In this document: positions 1-11,848 of the stretch, piece after piece
How the letters are laid out: each line of letters begins with the position of its first letter
Numbering within the stretch: position 1 is the stretch's first letter
Source of the DNA: Schizochytrium sp. TIO01
Lineage: Eukaryota; Protista; Bigyra: Labyrinthulomycetes
Direction of reading: 5' to 3'
Length of the DNA stretch: 64,000 nucleotides
NCBI GenBank assembly: GCA_004764695.1
Contig: SMSO01000032.1
Span: 2,418,001 to 2,482,000, forward strand
Program-made: the position numbers and the translations under genes
Notes under the pieces: model-generated
Seen by the model: the letters and a program-made list of their open reading frames with translations, nothing else
Database searches by the model: none
What the model was told of the DNA's origin: nothing

Positions 1-529
1 CAAAGTATTTTCCAAAACGAGAGGAGTTGTTGTTTCGAAGGGTCATAGCATTGCCAAAAGCTTCAAGTGCCGGATTTGACTCCACGACGATCTGTTTAAC
101 CTCAGTGACCTTGCGGTCTCCTGCACCGCTACCAGAGACTGCGGCGATATAGTTCATCACTTGCTTTGCAGCCTCTGTTTTACCTGCGCCAGATTCACCA
201 GAAATGATAATACATTGTTTTTCCTCTTCAAGAAGCATGTTACGAAAGGAGGCCTCCGCGACAGCAAAAATATGTGGCGCAAGGTCAGCACGTACACCAT
301 TCTCATACATCTTTATATACGGTGTATCATAAATGCGAAGCCATTCGAAAGGGTTACAGACAATAAGTACTTCACCAATGTATGTGTAAATCTCCTTCGC
401 CCCGAAACGGGTTTCTAAGTTAGAGTAAATCGCTTCATTTTGCACATCCGAGAGCATGGTCATATCCTCGACACCGACCGTCTTGCGCTCCGTGATGGCC
501 GCATTAGCGAATCCTCCGCTGCGAGGCAT
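1..529 (-). CDS. MYO1: Myosin heavy chain, class I-like, 5' part (runs off the window start)
   Basis: Manual translation from ATG at 529: MPRSGG...VGVEDMTMLSD...IYTYIGEVLIVCNPF...PHIFAVAE...QCIIISGESGAGKTEAAK...SNPALEAFGNAMTLRNNNSSRFGKYF. It carries the myosin P-loop and switch-I motifs. The very short N-terminus and GVEDM motif fit class I. Not in the ORF track because it is truncated. Confidence 0.95.
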   Translation of the reverse strand, partial: MPRSGGFANAAITERKTVGVEDMTMLSDVQNEAIYSNLETRFGAKEIYTYIGEVLIVCNPFEWLRIYDTPYIKMYENGVRADLAPHIFAVAEASFRNMLLEEEKQCIIISGESGAGKTEAAKQVMNYIAAVSGSGAGDRKVTEVKQIVVESNPALEAFGNAMTLRNNNSSRFGKYF

Positions 530-2660
530 CTTTCTTTCCAAGGTGATGATTTGCAGAACTTCTCAACGAGGTGAATCCTTTACAAGATCACAAATGAGTT
601 TCAAAATGATCTAGCAAGCCTTGCTAGACGACACGGCTGATAAGAGTATCGTCAACCCTGGTTTATTCAAGTTTTTCTTCGGCCAGTACGTGGGTAGGAA
701 ATGCAGGAAGCTAAAATTTATGGCAACAACCTTCCCCTGATTCTCACAAACTCAAGCAAAATTGAATCGGTGTAAATATTTCCTAAAAGCTTGCAGGGCT
801 CTCAGATTTACACGTGCTGCTATCCTTTGAAAAGGTTGCAACAAAACTCTAGCTAGACGTGAAGAGCTGGTGCTTGCTTGCCTCCCGCAAAGAAGGTCCA
901 GGCAACTAGTTACCTAATCAAGTGCAAGAAACGCTTTGCAACTTGACAGCGAAGGGCTTTCTAGAAACGAGAAGAATCCCCTACGCGGGGATTACAAACG
1001 CCCAAAAAGGCGGACTCAAAGCCCAACAAGCCAAGTGCCTAGCCCGGCTTCGCAAGTCCCGCAAGTCGCAGCGACTTTAGTTGGGGTCTGGGCGTATGCA
1101 CAATGGACTCAGCTTTGTTGCTAAATATGCAGCAATTTAAGAGGACACTTTGCTCTAGTCCTGGCCTGGCCTCTGAGGGGTACTTTGCACGTCATTAATG
1201 CACACTTTTCCGCACACACGTAATAACTCTTTCTATACACTCCCCCGCTGGATATTGTCATATTAGAATAGTAGAGTTGAGCGCGTATTTTGTTGTGGCA
1301 CGATATAGAGGGATATATAAGGAGTTTGTGAGGGTGGGTGAAAGTTGTTCTAAGGGGGATGTGAGGAGGCAGGAAAAGAAGAGTCTGCACAAGGTTTCGT
1401 TGTATACCCCCCTGAACGCGCCTCCCGTAGATGGGTAGCAGGCACTCAGTAGCAACTACTACTAGAGCCTAGAGCCTAGATCCGTAGATTTTTTCTTTTC
1501 TTTCGTTAAAAAAGTTATAAAGGAACCATGTATCATCATGATAGTTTTGTTTTGAATTAAAACCTAATAATCAAAAATGAAAGAAAAAGGGTAAGTTAAA
1601 ATAGTAGGGAGTAGTAGGTAGAGGAGATAGCCAGAGTTTTTTATTCATTACGCGGATCTGTAAGCGGCTCTAAAGTTACGCATTGGTGTTTCGATGCCAA
1701 TCATGTGTATGCGAGGCAGGTGCTGGAAATTACAAGTTTCCAAGGCTTGCTCTTGCTCCTAAAAAGGCCCTGAAAAGTGATCTTTCAAGATCAACAAAGA
1801 CGCAAAAATGACGTGTGCACCACAGTTGATTCTTGATAATACGAACAAGAGGAAACCTTCCGTGAAGGGATCAAATACTGCGTCGATGGCAAGCAGGTAT
1901 TGATACCTCCTGAGGTTCTCTCCATCCAAGGCTGTGATAGTCTCATGGTCCTCAATGGATTCATTCTGCTATTGGAAACTAGCTAACAGATTGCAGCTTT
2001 ATTTCGTTGGTGGTGATTAAGATGAGGTATGTACACGCGCAGAATTGGATTCGGAACTTGGTGTGCTGAGTGCCCGACTGGCGAATCAGTCAACTAGAAC
2101 TAGATGTTTCTTGTACACGTCCTACAGGAATCGATCAATCAAAACTTGTTATCCCTAACCTAATCGTTCTACATGAATCTAGAGGTCTAGAGAGTGCCAG
2201 TTGTTTTCTGAGGAAAGAGTCCAGTTCTAATAACTTCATGATTTACACAAGTCATACTTTTTGGCGCCGTGACACTCTTATGATTGCATTGTGGAGTTCC
2301 CACTAGCCAGGCAGAGGTTGACAGCGGTGCCAGATTTTAGACACTCTAACACATCAAAACAAAGAGGAAATGAGGATAAGATACAAATAACTAAGACGCT
2401 GTTGTCATCTAGGCCAGGAGGCTACATTTTTCAGCTCTTACTCATGGTAAGGGCTTACCAAAGATTACAAAAAGATAACGCGAAGGGGGGATAGGATGCC
2501 AAGTAGCGGGATTGCTGCTTGATCTGAGAGCAAGTGACTAGCTCAAGTGGTAATAAAAAAGAAAACAAAAGTAGAAACAGGATAGGGAAGGCAACATATT
2601 CACGAAGACCAAGAAAAAAAATAAGGATCGGGATTCGAGAGATACGCAGGCATAAGCAGA

Positions 2661-3322
2661 TTAGTTAGAGTTCTCCTCAGCGACCTCCTCGAAGTTAGAC
2701 TCAACAAGGTCGGGGATCTCGTCATCACCAGCCTCGGCCTCACCCTCAGCGGCCTTGCTGGCAGCGAAGGCCTGGTCGAACTGCTCGGCGAAGCCGGGCA
2801 TAGAGGCCATCTTCTGAGCGTTAGCCTGGCCCATCATGGGGCCGACCTCGCTGATGACATCGGTGAGGTTGGCGGTGGCGTTGGGGCCAGAAATCACAAA
2901 GGTGTTGGCCTGGATGCTGGCCTGAACCTTGGGGTTCTTGAAGCGGATCACGGTCTGGTCATCGCAAAACATGTTGACCTCACCGATACCCGGGATCATG
3001 TTGACGCCGAGGCGCTTGAGGGAGCTCTGCAACTTGCGGTCATCAGCGCCACCAGTGGTCTTGGCGACCGACTTCTTCTTGCGGCGAACGGAGCCGCGGC
3101 CACCGAGCTTCGCCTGTGATCATTAATTAAGATGAAATCCATCAGTTTTCGTGTCATGAATTGTTAGTCATCGCAAGTCAAGCCAGCATATATAAAGAGT
3201 TCAAAAGGCGTCTTATTGAACCATTGATGAGCATAAGTTAAATCAACACTTACCTGGCCAGCGCCAGAGAAGCGGTTCTTGAGGCGCTCACGCGCCGCCA
3301 AGATCTCTGCGTCGTCGCCCAT
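2661..3322 (-). CDS. BTF3: Nascent polypeptide-associated complex beta subunit (BTF3/EGD1); exons 3254-3322 and 2661-3113
   Basis: MGDDAEILAARERLKNRFSGAGQ|AKLGGRGSVRRKKK...DDRKLQSSLKRLGVNMIPGIGEVNMF...FKNPKVQASIQANTFVISG...DDEIPDLVESNFEE. The 140-nt phase-0 intron 3114-3253 has a GTAAGT donor and CAG acceptor. Strong C-ending codon bias. Confidence 0.95.
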
Positions 3323-4578
3323 TTTGATAGACGAGGTAACACCTATATTTCCAAGAGTGATTTAAGAGAACCCCGTTTCACAATGATGATGATCAATCAA
3401 TTTTGCACAAATGTACACAAGCACGAGGTAGCATTTCAAAAGTCAGTAAACTAAATTCCCTCCGAATCTAACCTTGACCCTGCTGTTGGGATACAAATAA
3501 AAATCTCAAGCTTAAAGACAAATTCATCCTCATAGATTCACGTAACCAAGAACGTCATCGGGCACGTGAATCTTCAACTATAGGATATCAAACTCCAGTC
3601 GCGGTAGTTGCTGGTGCGCGCCAAAGCTCGACTTTGATCTCCAAAGATGATACGTTATCTATCGCTGTTCATTTTATCTTTCCCAGCAATCCTCGCATTC
3701 TTGACGCCCAAACCTTCCGTGAACGTCATAATTCCCGTAGACGCTCTCATGAGGGTAATGTCCACGCCACAACGCATCCCTAAAACCCCAATCAATATCC
3801 TCTCGACCCTCAACCTCTTCGTGAGCCTAGTAGTCTCCGCATGGCTGTGACAGAAAGGGCTGGGCTCGAGGTGGATGCATGAACGAGTGTATCCTCCAAC
3901 ATGCAAGGCCTCACGACGGCCTCCTTGCCTCGGCGGTATCAAGTGGTTATCATGGTGGTTCTGGGGAGCGATCCTGGGCCCGGCAGCCCCGTCTGGCCGC
4001 CGCTGACCTCGTTGCTGCGCGCAGGCAGTCGCACGTCCACCTACCTAGTCAGACGTCTCTTCGGACTCTGTTGTCGCTAGGCTCCTTCATTGAAAATCAC
4101 CCATTCATTCCCTCCTCTTGTCAGAGCTATAACCTACTGTACGGGATTTTCTCTATTGTATATTAAGTAGCCTATATGCCTATAACCGACTTGTCAGCAG
4201 CCATTCTTCACTTTGGCGCTTCTCGCACCGGACTTACTTTCGGCGCCACTTCGCGCCCTATCTTTTTTACCCTAACCACGATTATGATCAGTGCACAGGA
4301 GCTAAGAAGGTGTTACTTGAGATATAGGGCATACTTGGAAAAAGCGAGGTTTTAGAATTAACGTTAGGTATCACTACAGAGCGAGAAAAAGGGAACGCTT
4401 GATAGTTCTTAAAGTGTCGAAGAAGAAAGGTCGCTCCGCGAAGACCGTGATGGGTTAAAGGGAATATATTAGGCGGACAAAGGGTAAATAGATAATAGGC
4501 CTTATGATAGACCGCTTTTGTGATCTCTCAAAACATGTTTTGAAGAGTTTTAGGTACAGCTGGCTGAGGAACTTTGGT

Positions 4579-4733
4579 TGTGGCAGATGGATGATAGTAC
4601 TGATCTTGGCTCGAAAGTGAATGGCATCGCCATTTCAGAGTGACTTAGATGTTGTGTGGCAGATGGAGACAATGATAGTACTGATTTTGGCTTGAAGGTG
4701 AATGGCAACACCATTTCAGAGCGACTTAGATGT
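4579..4733. repeat. Imperfect tandem duplication, unit ~76-81 bp, 2 copies
   Basis: tggcagatgg...atgatagtactgat...gtgaatggca...ccatttcagag.gacttagatgt occurs at 4581 and again at 4657. Confidence 0.85.
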
Positions 4734-5365
4734 AGGCATCTTTTATACTGACCTACTTCCCCTGCTTCACTTAATTCATCTTGATCTATTTGAAGAAACC
4801 ATTCGTGCATTCGTGCATCTACAGAAACTATGAGCATTTCTGTAAATAATGCATAGTTAGTACGTGTTGCTATTTTTATGATAACTGTGAATCTGGCTGA
4901 GGAGAACCCCGCTCTGGAAATAATAAGACCCGCGAATCTCAGGATGAAGTTGGCGAGCTGGAGAACTGTTAACTTTTGTATGTCCTCTCTGTGTCCGAGG
5001 GCTTTTAGAAACCGAGTCTAAGATTTTATAAAGAGGATTCATTCGCCACATAAAGAATCCTCGCCTTTTCTCAAATTTATCGCAGGCAGATTAAAGGAAA
5101 ATGTGTGTAGCCTCGTAGGCAATCAAAGGCTGTAGCTCTTGAAAGTTGGATACAACGCGTCACCGCGAAAGTCATCAGCTTCAACATCGAATACTATCGC
5201 ATATCACGCGAGAGCTTCATTTTGGCTTGCTTGCGTGTTGACTTGGATTTACTTTGCAGTCCTGTTAAAGGTTGCAGTCTCGCGGCAATTCCAATTCCGC
5301 TGCAGCTGAAGCATATATGTGTAGGGCCTCAGTTCCAAAACTTTAGAAGCTTTCGATAAAAATAC

Positions 5366-5366
5366 A

Positions 5367-5402
<36 letters not shown>

Positions 5403-5404
5403 AA
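5366..5404. repeat. (AAAG)n microsatellite
   Basis: Directly visible. Confidence 0.9.
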
Positions 5405-5533
5405 AGAGTAGGAAAAGGAAGAGAGAACAGGTGCACATCTCGGCAAGTAGTACGAAGCTGCCGAGAGACCAAGATCTTAAGATTTCTGAGCGGCTCTACG
5501 AAGAAAAGATATTGAGCTCGACATCAAACACGG

Positions 5534-7033
5534 ATGATCAGTCGAGGCACGGCTCGCAGAAAGCTTCTTGGTCGTGGCAGAGTTCTTTTGGGGACAGCAG
5601 AGGCTGCAAGCTTGAGTGCTACTAAAACCTTCCGAGGTCGGCAGATTGCGTTACAGAGAACTGGTATATCATCGTTTTCGATCTTAACGCTTACGATGGT
5701 TGAGAAACAGCAAGCGGTCGAGGACAAGGTTCGCGCCGGCATGCTTGGTGCGATCCTTGGAGAAACATTGGCTATGCCGGTGCATTGGTATTATAACCCG
5801 CAAAACCTAAAGGAGGCCTATGGAGAAATTACCGAGCTCTACGCACCGCAGCCTACCCATGCGGAATCGATGATTCTGCGATTTAGCTACAATGGATCTA
5901 TTGATATCATGCATGACAAGAAGAACTACTACGAGGGTTGCGACCCAAAGATTGCAGACAAAATGTCTAAGGAGGACCGTGCCAAAGTTAGTGACGAACA
6001 TGGTAACTTTGTGGGTCGCGAGGCGGATGAGCGCCCGCACTATCATGCAACCCTCAAGCGAGGTCAGAACACTTCGAACATGTGCATCTCGCGCCTCCTC
6101 ATGAGGTACCTCGGCGATGTTCTCAAGGAGGGTGAAGATCGCTACGACCCAGAAGAGTACCTGAAGAAGTTTGAAGAATACATTTGTACCGATCCCCGGG
6201 AGCATCCTGATGACATTGCTCAGATTCATGCACACAATGACCCGTACCTGGACAGCTACGTTCGCAAGTTCTTTGAAAACCGTTCAAAGGGAGTACCTCC
6301 TATGAATGCAGCGTATAACCAGCGTGACGCTTGGGCTATCAACAGTTTGGACGGAATTCTCGTAAGCCTTCCTCTCATTGCAGCCTATAAGGATGATCCT
6401 GAATCCGAGCTCATTGGCCGAGTCGTGGAGCATCACACGCTCACTCACCGCTCTGTGTCTGTCAGCTGCGCCGCAAACGTGGTTGCGCCCTTGTTGCAGC
6501 AACTGTACCAAGGCCGTGACCCTGACGAAGCTCTTGATGCCGCCATGGAGAAGATGCGTCCTCCGCATTTGACAGGCCGCGAAATGCACAAAAGTTATGC
6601 TGCTCACAATGGCCCGGACTTTATTCCCAAATGGGAAAAGTGGGACCAGCATATGAAAATGGCCCCGGGCAAGAACCTCAAGGAGGTCATTCATCAATTC
6701 ATTGCGGAAGGAAAAGAGATTCGCGATGTAGCTGGATATGTTGATGGAGAAGGAGTTTTCTCCACTGCATGCTACTGTGAACAGGCTTTGCCGATTGTCC
6801 TTTTTCTTGCTGTGAAGTTCAAGGATGATTTTGCCGGAGCCTTGAAGGCTAACGCAGAGATTGGCGGCCACAACACTGCTCGTGGAGCAATTCTTGGCGC
6901 AATCATGGGTGCTCGGCTTGGTACCAACGGGCTTCCTGAGAAGTGGATCTCACAGCTTGCTGCTCCCGATCAAATCAAGTCAGAGATTGATCAGCTTGTC
7001 AACGTCAGCAGTCTTCGTGCGGCACAGTCGTAA
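5534..7033 (+). CDS. ADP-ribosylglycohydrolase (ARH/DraG-fold) family protein, copy 1; alternative start at 5696
   Basis: Intronless 499-aa ORF with ARH-type segments VRAGMLGAILGETLAMPVHWYY, HYH...GQNT, STACYCEQALP, ALKANAEIGGHNTARGAILGAIMGARLG...LPEKW. Confidence 0.88.
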   Translation: MISRGTARRKLLGRGRVLLGTAEAASLSATKTFRGRQIALQRTGISSFSILTLTMVEKQQAVEDKVRAGMLGAILGETLAMPVHWYYNPQNLKEAYGEITELYAPQPTHAESMILRFSYNGSIDIMHDKKNYYEGCDPKIADKMSKEDRAKVSDEHGNFVGREADERPHYHATLKRGQNTSNMCISRLLMRYLGDVLKEGEDRYDPEEYLKKFEEYICTDPREHPDDIAQIHAHNDPYLDSYVRKFFENRSKGVPPMNAAYNQRDAWAINSLDGILVSLPLIAAYKDDPESELIGRVVEHHTLTHRSVSVSCAANVVAPLLQQLYQGRDPDEALDAAMEKMRPPHLTGREMHKSYAAHNGPDFIPKWEKWDQHMKMAPGKNLKEVIHQFIAEGKEIRDVAGYVDGEGVFSTACYCEQALPIVLFLAVKFKDDFAGALKANAEIGGHNTARGAILGAIMGARLGTNGLPEKWISQLAAPDQIKSEIDQLVNVSSLRAAQS

Positions 7034-7664
7034 AGAGAACACGATACCATATGGTGATACCATCTTAAACTGATCATTTTCAACCACATTTGAGCTTGCA
7101 GTATTTCTTTTGCTCTATTCGTATCTGATTACTCTCTCTACTCTTCACTTTTCTGCTTGTATATTCAGGCATCACACAGTATGAACTTGAAGAAATGAAG
7201 CTTTCTCTTGTGCTTTCCTCTCCTCTGGCATCTTCAGCTCGAGCGAAGACAGACACTCATCTGTGCATGCTATCAACTTTCCTTCCATCACTATCTACAA
7301 AGACTTATGTCCGGTGTAAGATGTCCTAGCAAATGCTTAGCCAATTTAGAATGTCTAAAAAATGATTCTGAACAGATCGAAATTGCCCTTTGCCCTAAAA
7401 TCTTAATAGAAAGCTTGTCTAGCATTAAATCAGCACAACCACTTTCCAAAGTCTGTCAACAATGTATGTCCGATCGGATGCTCGATTCCGTAGAGCCTCA
7501 GGTAGGTCTGTGATCTGACTCAGATGATACTGAGCGAGGGAACTAAGATCTTGCGAGGCCGAGAATCGAAGCAATGCCGGAACTCAAGAAAGATAGCCCG
7601 AGTGCTTGTTCATACCTATTCTATATAAGATAGGCACTAGTTCTTGGCTATGATTAGGAATACT

Positions 7665-9287
7665 ATGAGTAGTACTAGAATCAACATCAGGTCATGGATA
7701 CAACGCAATCACTTCCTCGCCAGAGCAGCATCTAAGCGAGCTTCTTTGAGCGTACTCCCCAGCTCAGAAGCAACAAAGGACACTGCAATCGTCAATTCTG
7801 GGTTGCCATTGCGAAGCAGCTTTGGAGCTGTCACGAAGTACACCCTTGTTAAGGAACTCGGCCATCGCAACTGCAGCATCAGTGCAAAACGAGGAAGAGC
7901 TCGTCTAAGTCAAACGGGCAATAGAAACTTTGAAAGAACCATGACATCCAATGCATCAGAAGATGACCGCCTTCGTGGGTCGCTGAAGGGGTTTGTTGTG
8001 GGCGAGGCACTAGCAATGCCTGTGCACTGGTTTTACACGCCATCGATTCTGAAGAAGGAGTATGGCTCAGTGGACAAAATGATGGCACCCAAGAAAACTC
8101 ATGAGGAATCGTTTATGACGAGTATGGTATACAAGGGTAACATTGACATTTTATTTGACAAATCGGGGTTTTATGAGGGATACGATGAAGACAACATTAA
8201 AACCATGAGTCAGGAAGAACGCGAAGCACTCTCTGCGGATGTAGGGATTTTTGTAAATTCTGAGGCTGACCAACGCCCACATTATCACTTGAGCCTGAAG
8301 AAGGGGCAGAACACTGCCAACATGTGCGTTGCGCGTCTTCTAATGCGTTATCTTGCTCGAACTAATGAACAAGGTGCAGACAGATACGACCCACGCGAGT
8401 TCCTCGAAGAGTTCCGCACATATATGACCACTGACCCCCGAAAGCATCCCGATGATGTGGGTCAAATCAAAGCCCACAATGACGCATACCTGGATGTTTA
8501 TGTGCGCGAATTTTTCAACAATGCTTCCAAGGGCCTGCCACTGACTGTATGTGCATACGATCAACGCGACCGCTGGTCAATCGGTAGCTTGGATGGACTT
8601 GTGATGACGGTTCCTTTAATCGCGGCCTACCGCGAGGAACCCGAGGCAATTCTTGTGGGGCGTGCAATTGAGCACCAAATGTTGACACATCGATCAGTGA
8701 CAATTTCCGCTGTGGTGGCTGTGCTTGTACCGCTTTTACAGCAGTTGTGGCGTGGAGAGGATGCTGAAAAGGCACTAGATGCAGCAATGGAGAAACTTCG
8801 CCCACCGCTTATCACAGGACCTGAGATGCTTGAGACGTATAAAAGTCATAATGGACCAGACAACATTCCCGCATGGGAGAAATGGGACCAGCACATGACT
8901 TTTGAGCCCGGTGTGACCTTGCGCGAAGTAGTGCACAAGTTCATTGATGAGGGACATAGCTTCGAGGACGTTGCAGGGTTCCACGAAGGCGAGGGTAGGT
9001 TCTCCACGACATGCTACTGCGAACACGCCATGGCAATTGTGTTGTACTTTGCCGTCAAGTTTGGAGAGGATCTTGCTGGAGCCTTACAAGCGAATGCAGA
9101 GATTGGTGGTCATTCTACGGCAAGGGGGGCCATCTTGGGCGCAATTATTGGTGCTCGGGTTGGCAACAAAGGAGTTCCTGAGACATGGTATTCTGAGCTT
9201 GCTGCACCAGATCAAGTCAACTCCGAAATCGATGCTTTGATTGCTGCAAGCAATGCTCGAAGATCAGCGATCAAACCTCGAGCATGA
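7665..9287 (+). CDS. ADP-ribosylglycohydrolase family protein, copy 2 (candidate ATGs at 7650, 7665, 7941)
   Basis: Colinear paralogue of copy 1: LRGSLKGFVVGEALAMPVHWFY...HYHLSLKKGQNT...STTCYCEHAM...ANAEIGGHSTARGAILGAIIGA...VPETW. Confidence 0.88.
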   Translation: MSSTRINIRSWIQRNHFLARAASKRASLSVLPSSEATKDTAIVNSGLPLRSSFGAVTKYTLVKELGHRNCSISAKRGRARLSQTGNRNFERTMTSNASEDDRLRGSLKGFVVGEALAMPVHWFYTPSILKKEYGSVDKMMAPKKTHEESFMTSMVYKGNIDILFDKSGFYEGYDEDNIKTMSQEEREALSADVGIFVNSEADQRPHYHLSLKKGQNTANMCVARLLMRYLARTNEQGADRYDPREFLEEFRTYMTTDPRKHPDDVGQIKAHNDAYLDVYVREFFNNASKGLPLTVCAYDQRDRWSIGSLDGLVMTVPLIAAYREEPEAILVGRAIEHQMLTHRSVTISAVVAVLVPLLQQLWRGEDAEKALDAAMEKLRPPLITGPEMLETYKSHNGPDNIPAWEKWDQHMTFEPGVTLREVVHKFIDEGHSFEDVAGFHEGEGRFSTTCYCEHAMAIVLYFAVKFGEDLAGALQANAEIGGHSTARGAILGAIIGARVGNKGVPETWYSELAAPDQVNSEIDALIAASNARRSAIKPRA

Positions 9288-9372
9288 AGAGACTCTTGAA
9301 AAATCAAGCTTTCAGATGCTCAGAGGTTTAGTCTTCATGTGGACTCATAACCTTTGCTTTCTCAAAGCATTC
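7668..9372 (+). repeat. ~1.7-kb direct repeat, copy A (almost all of ARH copy 2 plus ~85 bp of 3' flank)
   Basis: Runs from agtagtactagaatcaac to ctcaaagcattc. Matches 14770-16473 except for about 11 substitutions and one 1-nt indel counted by eye. Confidence 0.95.
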
Positions 9373-9559
9373 ATGCCCTCATCCTCGTTTTGTCCATGTA
9401 GAGCCAGTTAGGTAATACTAATAGAGACAGACATGGGTAGTCCCTACCTTTTTATAATGAAAAGTTTAGTTTAAATCTATATAGGTAATAGTGGATTACT
9501 AGTGATTTTGAATCAATGTATTAGGGGGGGGAGAAGTTAAGAATAGAATGATTAATCTC

Positions 9560-11183
9560 CCTGTGAGTTGGAGAGAACCTACGCTTTAATCATAGCTAGT
9601 GGAGAGAAGATTTTCCTCACAAAGAATTATGATCCTGTTTCTTGCATATATAATATAGAGATCATGAATATTGGGGTGCTTATAATTGGGGTCAAATAAT
9701 ATTACAAAAACTTAGGACTGAGTTTATTCAATTTGGGTCTCCAGTTGATAGTTTGCAGAATTCCCCTACGGGTTAAACCTGTGAAAATCATGATGTCGGA
9801 GTAGAATATTAAAATGACTATTAATAAGTATGCAGATCTGGAGATTGAGGATGACACTTGGGGCCAACATAGCATAGATTGTTGTAGCAAGTCCATTAGA
9901 GAATATGAAATTAAATTTATTCAAGATTGCACATGTGAAGATTGGAGATGCTCGTGAATGGTTTGATAGAATTAACAAGAAGGCTTGGTTGTGGTGGCCT
10001 TTGTGGAGACCGGAACATGCTAATCAGTATGATAAGGACTAATTTTATGTTAGAGATGTTCGACGTGACATCCAGCAAAGATGCTTCGTGAAATGCAAGA
10101 TATTGGTCTGTCCGCCTTGTGATAACCCAATTGACCATCAAACTGGTGAATGGGTTGACATCAAAGCCACTGCCCCCAGAATCGTCCAGAAACTTATGCG
10201 CCATTAGATTGCTCTTGCGACAGAGTGATCAAAGTTTGGAGAGAAGAGGATCTACTAAAGATATCGTAACAAATATTTACGAATTATCGTTCTTATGTGC
10301 CTCCTATCAGAGACAGCAACATGTTGCCCGCTGGGAAAACTCTTAGGAATGGCAATGTAGTTACTCGAAAGAAGATGGCTGACATGCTTCATACAAGTGA
10401 CCCTTTGCCAATTTCTTTGCCAGAATTTCCTCAGAAGCGTACTCAAGGATGTGTCAAGTCTGATATTCAGCTGGAACTCCTGCTTGATCATGTAATGATA
10501 CATGATCTTTTACAACGTGTGTCTCAAACTCTTTCATGAATCTTTACTTGCAGATGCCTCAGGTGAAACAGGTGAACGTTGAAGAACGTCGTCGCGAGAC
10601 GGTCTTCTTGATATATTTTCGCACAAATATTAAGGAGGACTTGAACATAGCCTTGAAGAAATTTCTCAAGAATTATCTTGAGCAACGCGAATTTGTCAAA
10701 TTCAAGAAGAGTAATCCATCGCCCACTCTGCAGTTCCCTTCCTATGTAAAGAGAATCATGATGTCCCTTTTAGCAAGCCATTGGACCTTGGTGATACTGT
10801 GTTATAAAGATAAAATTCTTTATACTTATGACCCACTCAAAAACCGTGATGACGGTTGTCATGACGAAAGGGATGAGAGCATTCTCTGACAGCTCGAGTT
10901 GGACGAATCTAACTGGTCAGTCAAGAAATTCTCTGGTCATCAAGAAAATGGCTGTGGCTGCGGAGTGTATATTATGGCTGCAGTCAATGGTCTTTTGCAT
11001 GGGGAAATCGATCTTGCAGCGCTTACAGAGAGTATTATGCCATCCTATGGAAACTCTGACCTGATGGAACATCAAAGGTCGCAGTTTGCGACTTTTGCTG
11101 ACATACTTCTAGGCACCATCGATTTTACGCTTGCGAAAGCTTCTTCGAAAAAGGGAGGAGCTTTTAAGCTCTTTCATCCTTGA
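9560..11183 (+). pseudogene. Decayed ORF ending in a Ulp1/SENP (peptidase C48)-like protease domain
   Basis: SHWTLVILCYKDKILYTYDPL (His, Asp) in the 10536-10889 frame and HQENGCGCGVYIM (Gln, Cys) in the 10899-11183 frame. Upstream protein-like fragments such as IVVASPLENMKLNLFKIAHVKIGDAREWFDRINKKAWLWWPLWRP are broken by stops and frameshifts. The 5' limit is approximate. Confidence 0.7.
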
Positions 11184-11848
11184 CTTCAAGCCTCAATAAC
11201 TCGAGAAAGAGATTTTTACGATTGTCAAGAATCCTCTCCGGCTGTTGACGATTCCCTTGACACTACGTTAGAGAGTTCTATCAACCTATCTCGAAATTCG
11301 AAGGCTTCCTCACGCAGAAATGTCTCCTTCTCACGCTTACTAACGTTCTCTGTAGGTCCACCTTAGCACCTTGAAACTTCCTTAAACTTTAAACCACTTT
11401 TCATGTTCTTCCAAGCTCCTTGATAAGAGATAGTATGAATGTACAACTGTAGTTTAAGTACCCAAGGCTTACTAAAACGAAAACCTCTACCAATGACACG
11501 CAAGTTCACGCGCTGCTGTTCGTACCTCCTGGCGCGCCGGCCGCTATCCATCCAGCACGGCGTGCGCGTGTGAACGTGACGGGTGGTCGCTGCTCCGCTG
11601 CTCCGCTGCTCTCCCTCGCCCCCTCTCTGTAGGGCGACGGACATATAGATTTAAGAAAAAATGTTCGATGCAAAGATCGAACGATACCCTCGCTCAACCA
11701 AGGACAAACTTGATTGACCGAAGCGCGATTGCGCAGGCTGCTCGCCAGGGCCGCTGGAAGAGATAGGTGAGTGCACGATGGGGGCTCGCTGGGGTGCCGC
11801 GATGCACGCGCTGCCGGGCTTGAAAGGCAAAACCTCAACCAACTAACC

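Noticed and set aside
9900-9960. Apparent SWIM-like CTCEDW motif suggesting a Mutator transposase
   Set aside because: It is not followed by the C-x-H half of the motif, and an overlapping frame reads as the more continuous protein.
9480-10250. Possible RIP-like C-to-T hypermutation
   Set aside because: All stop codons begin with T, so they are not evidence. Frameshifts explain most of the stops, and no intact copy is available for comparison.
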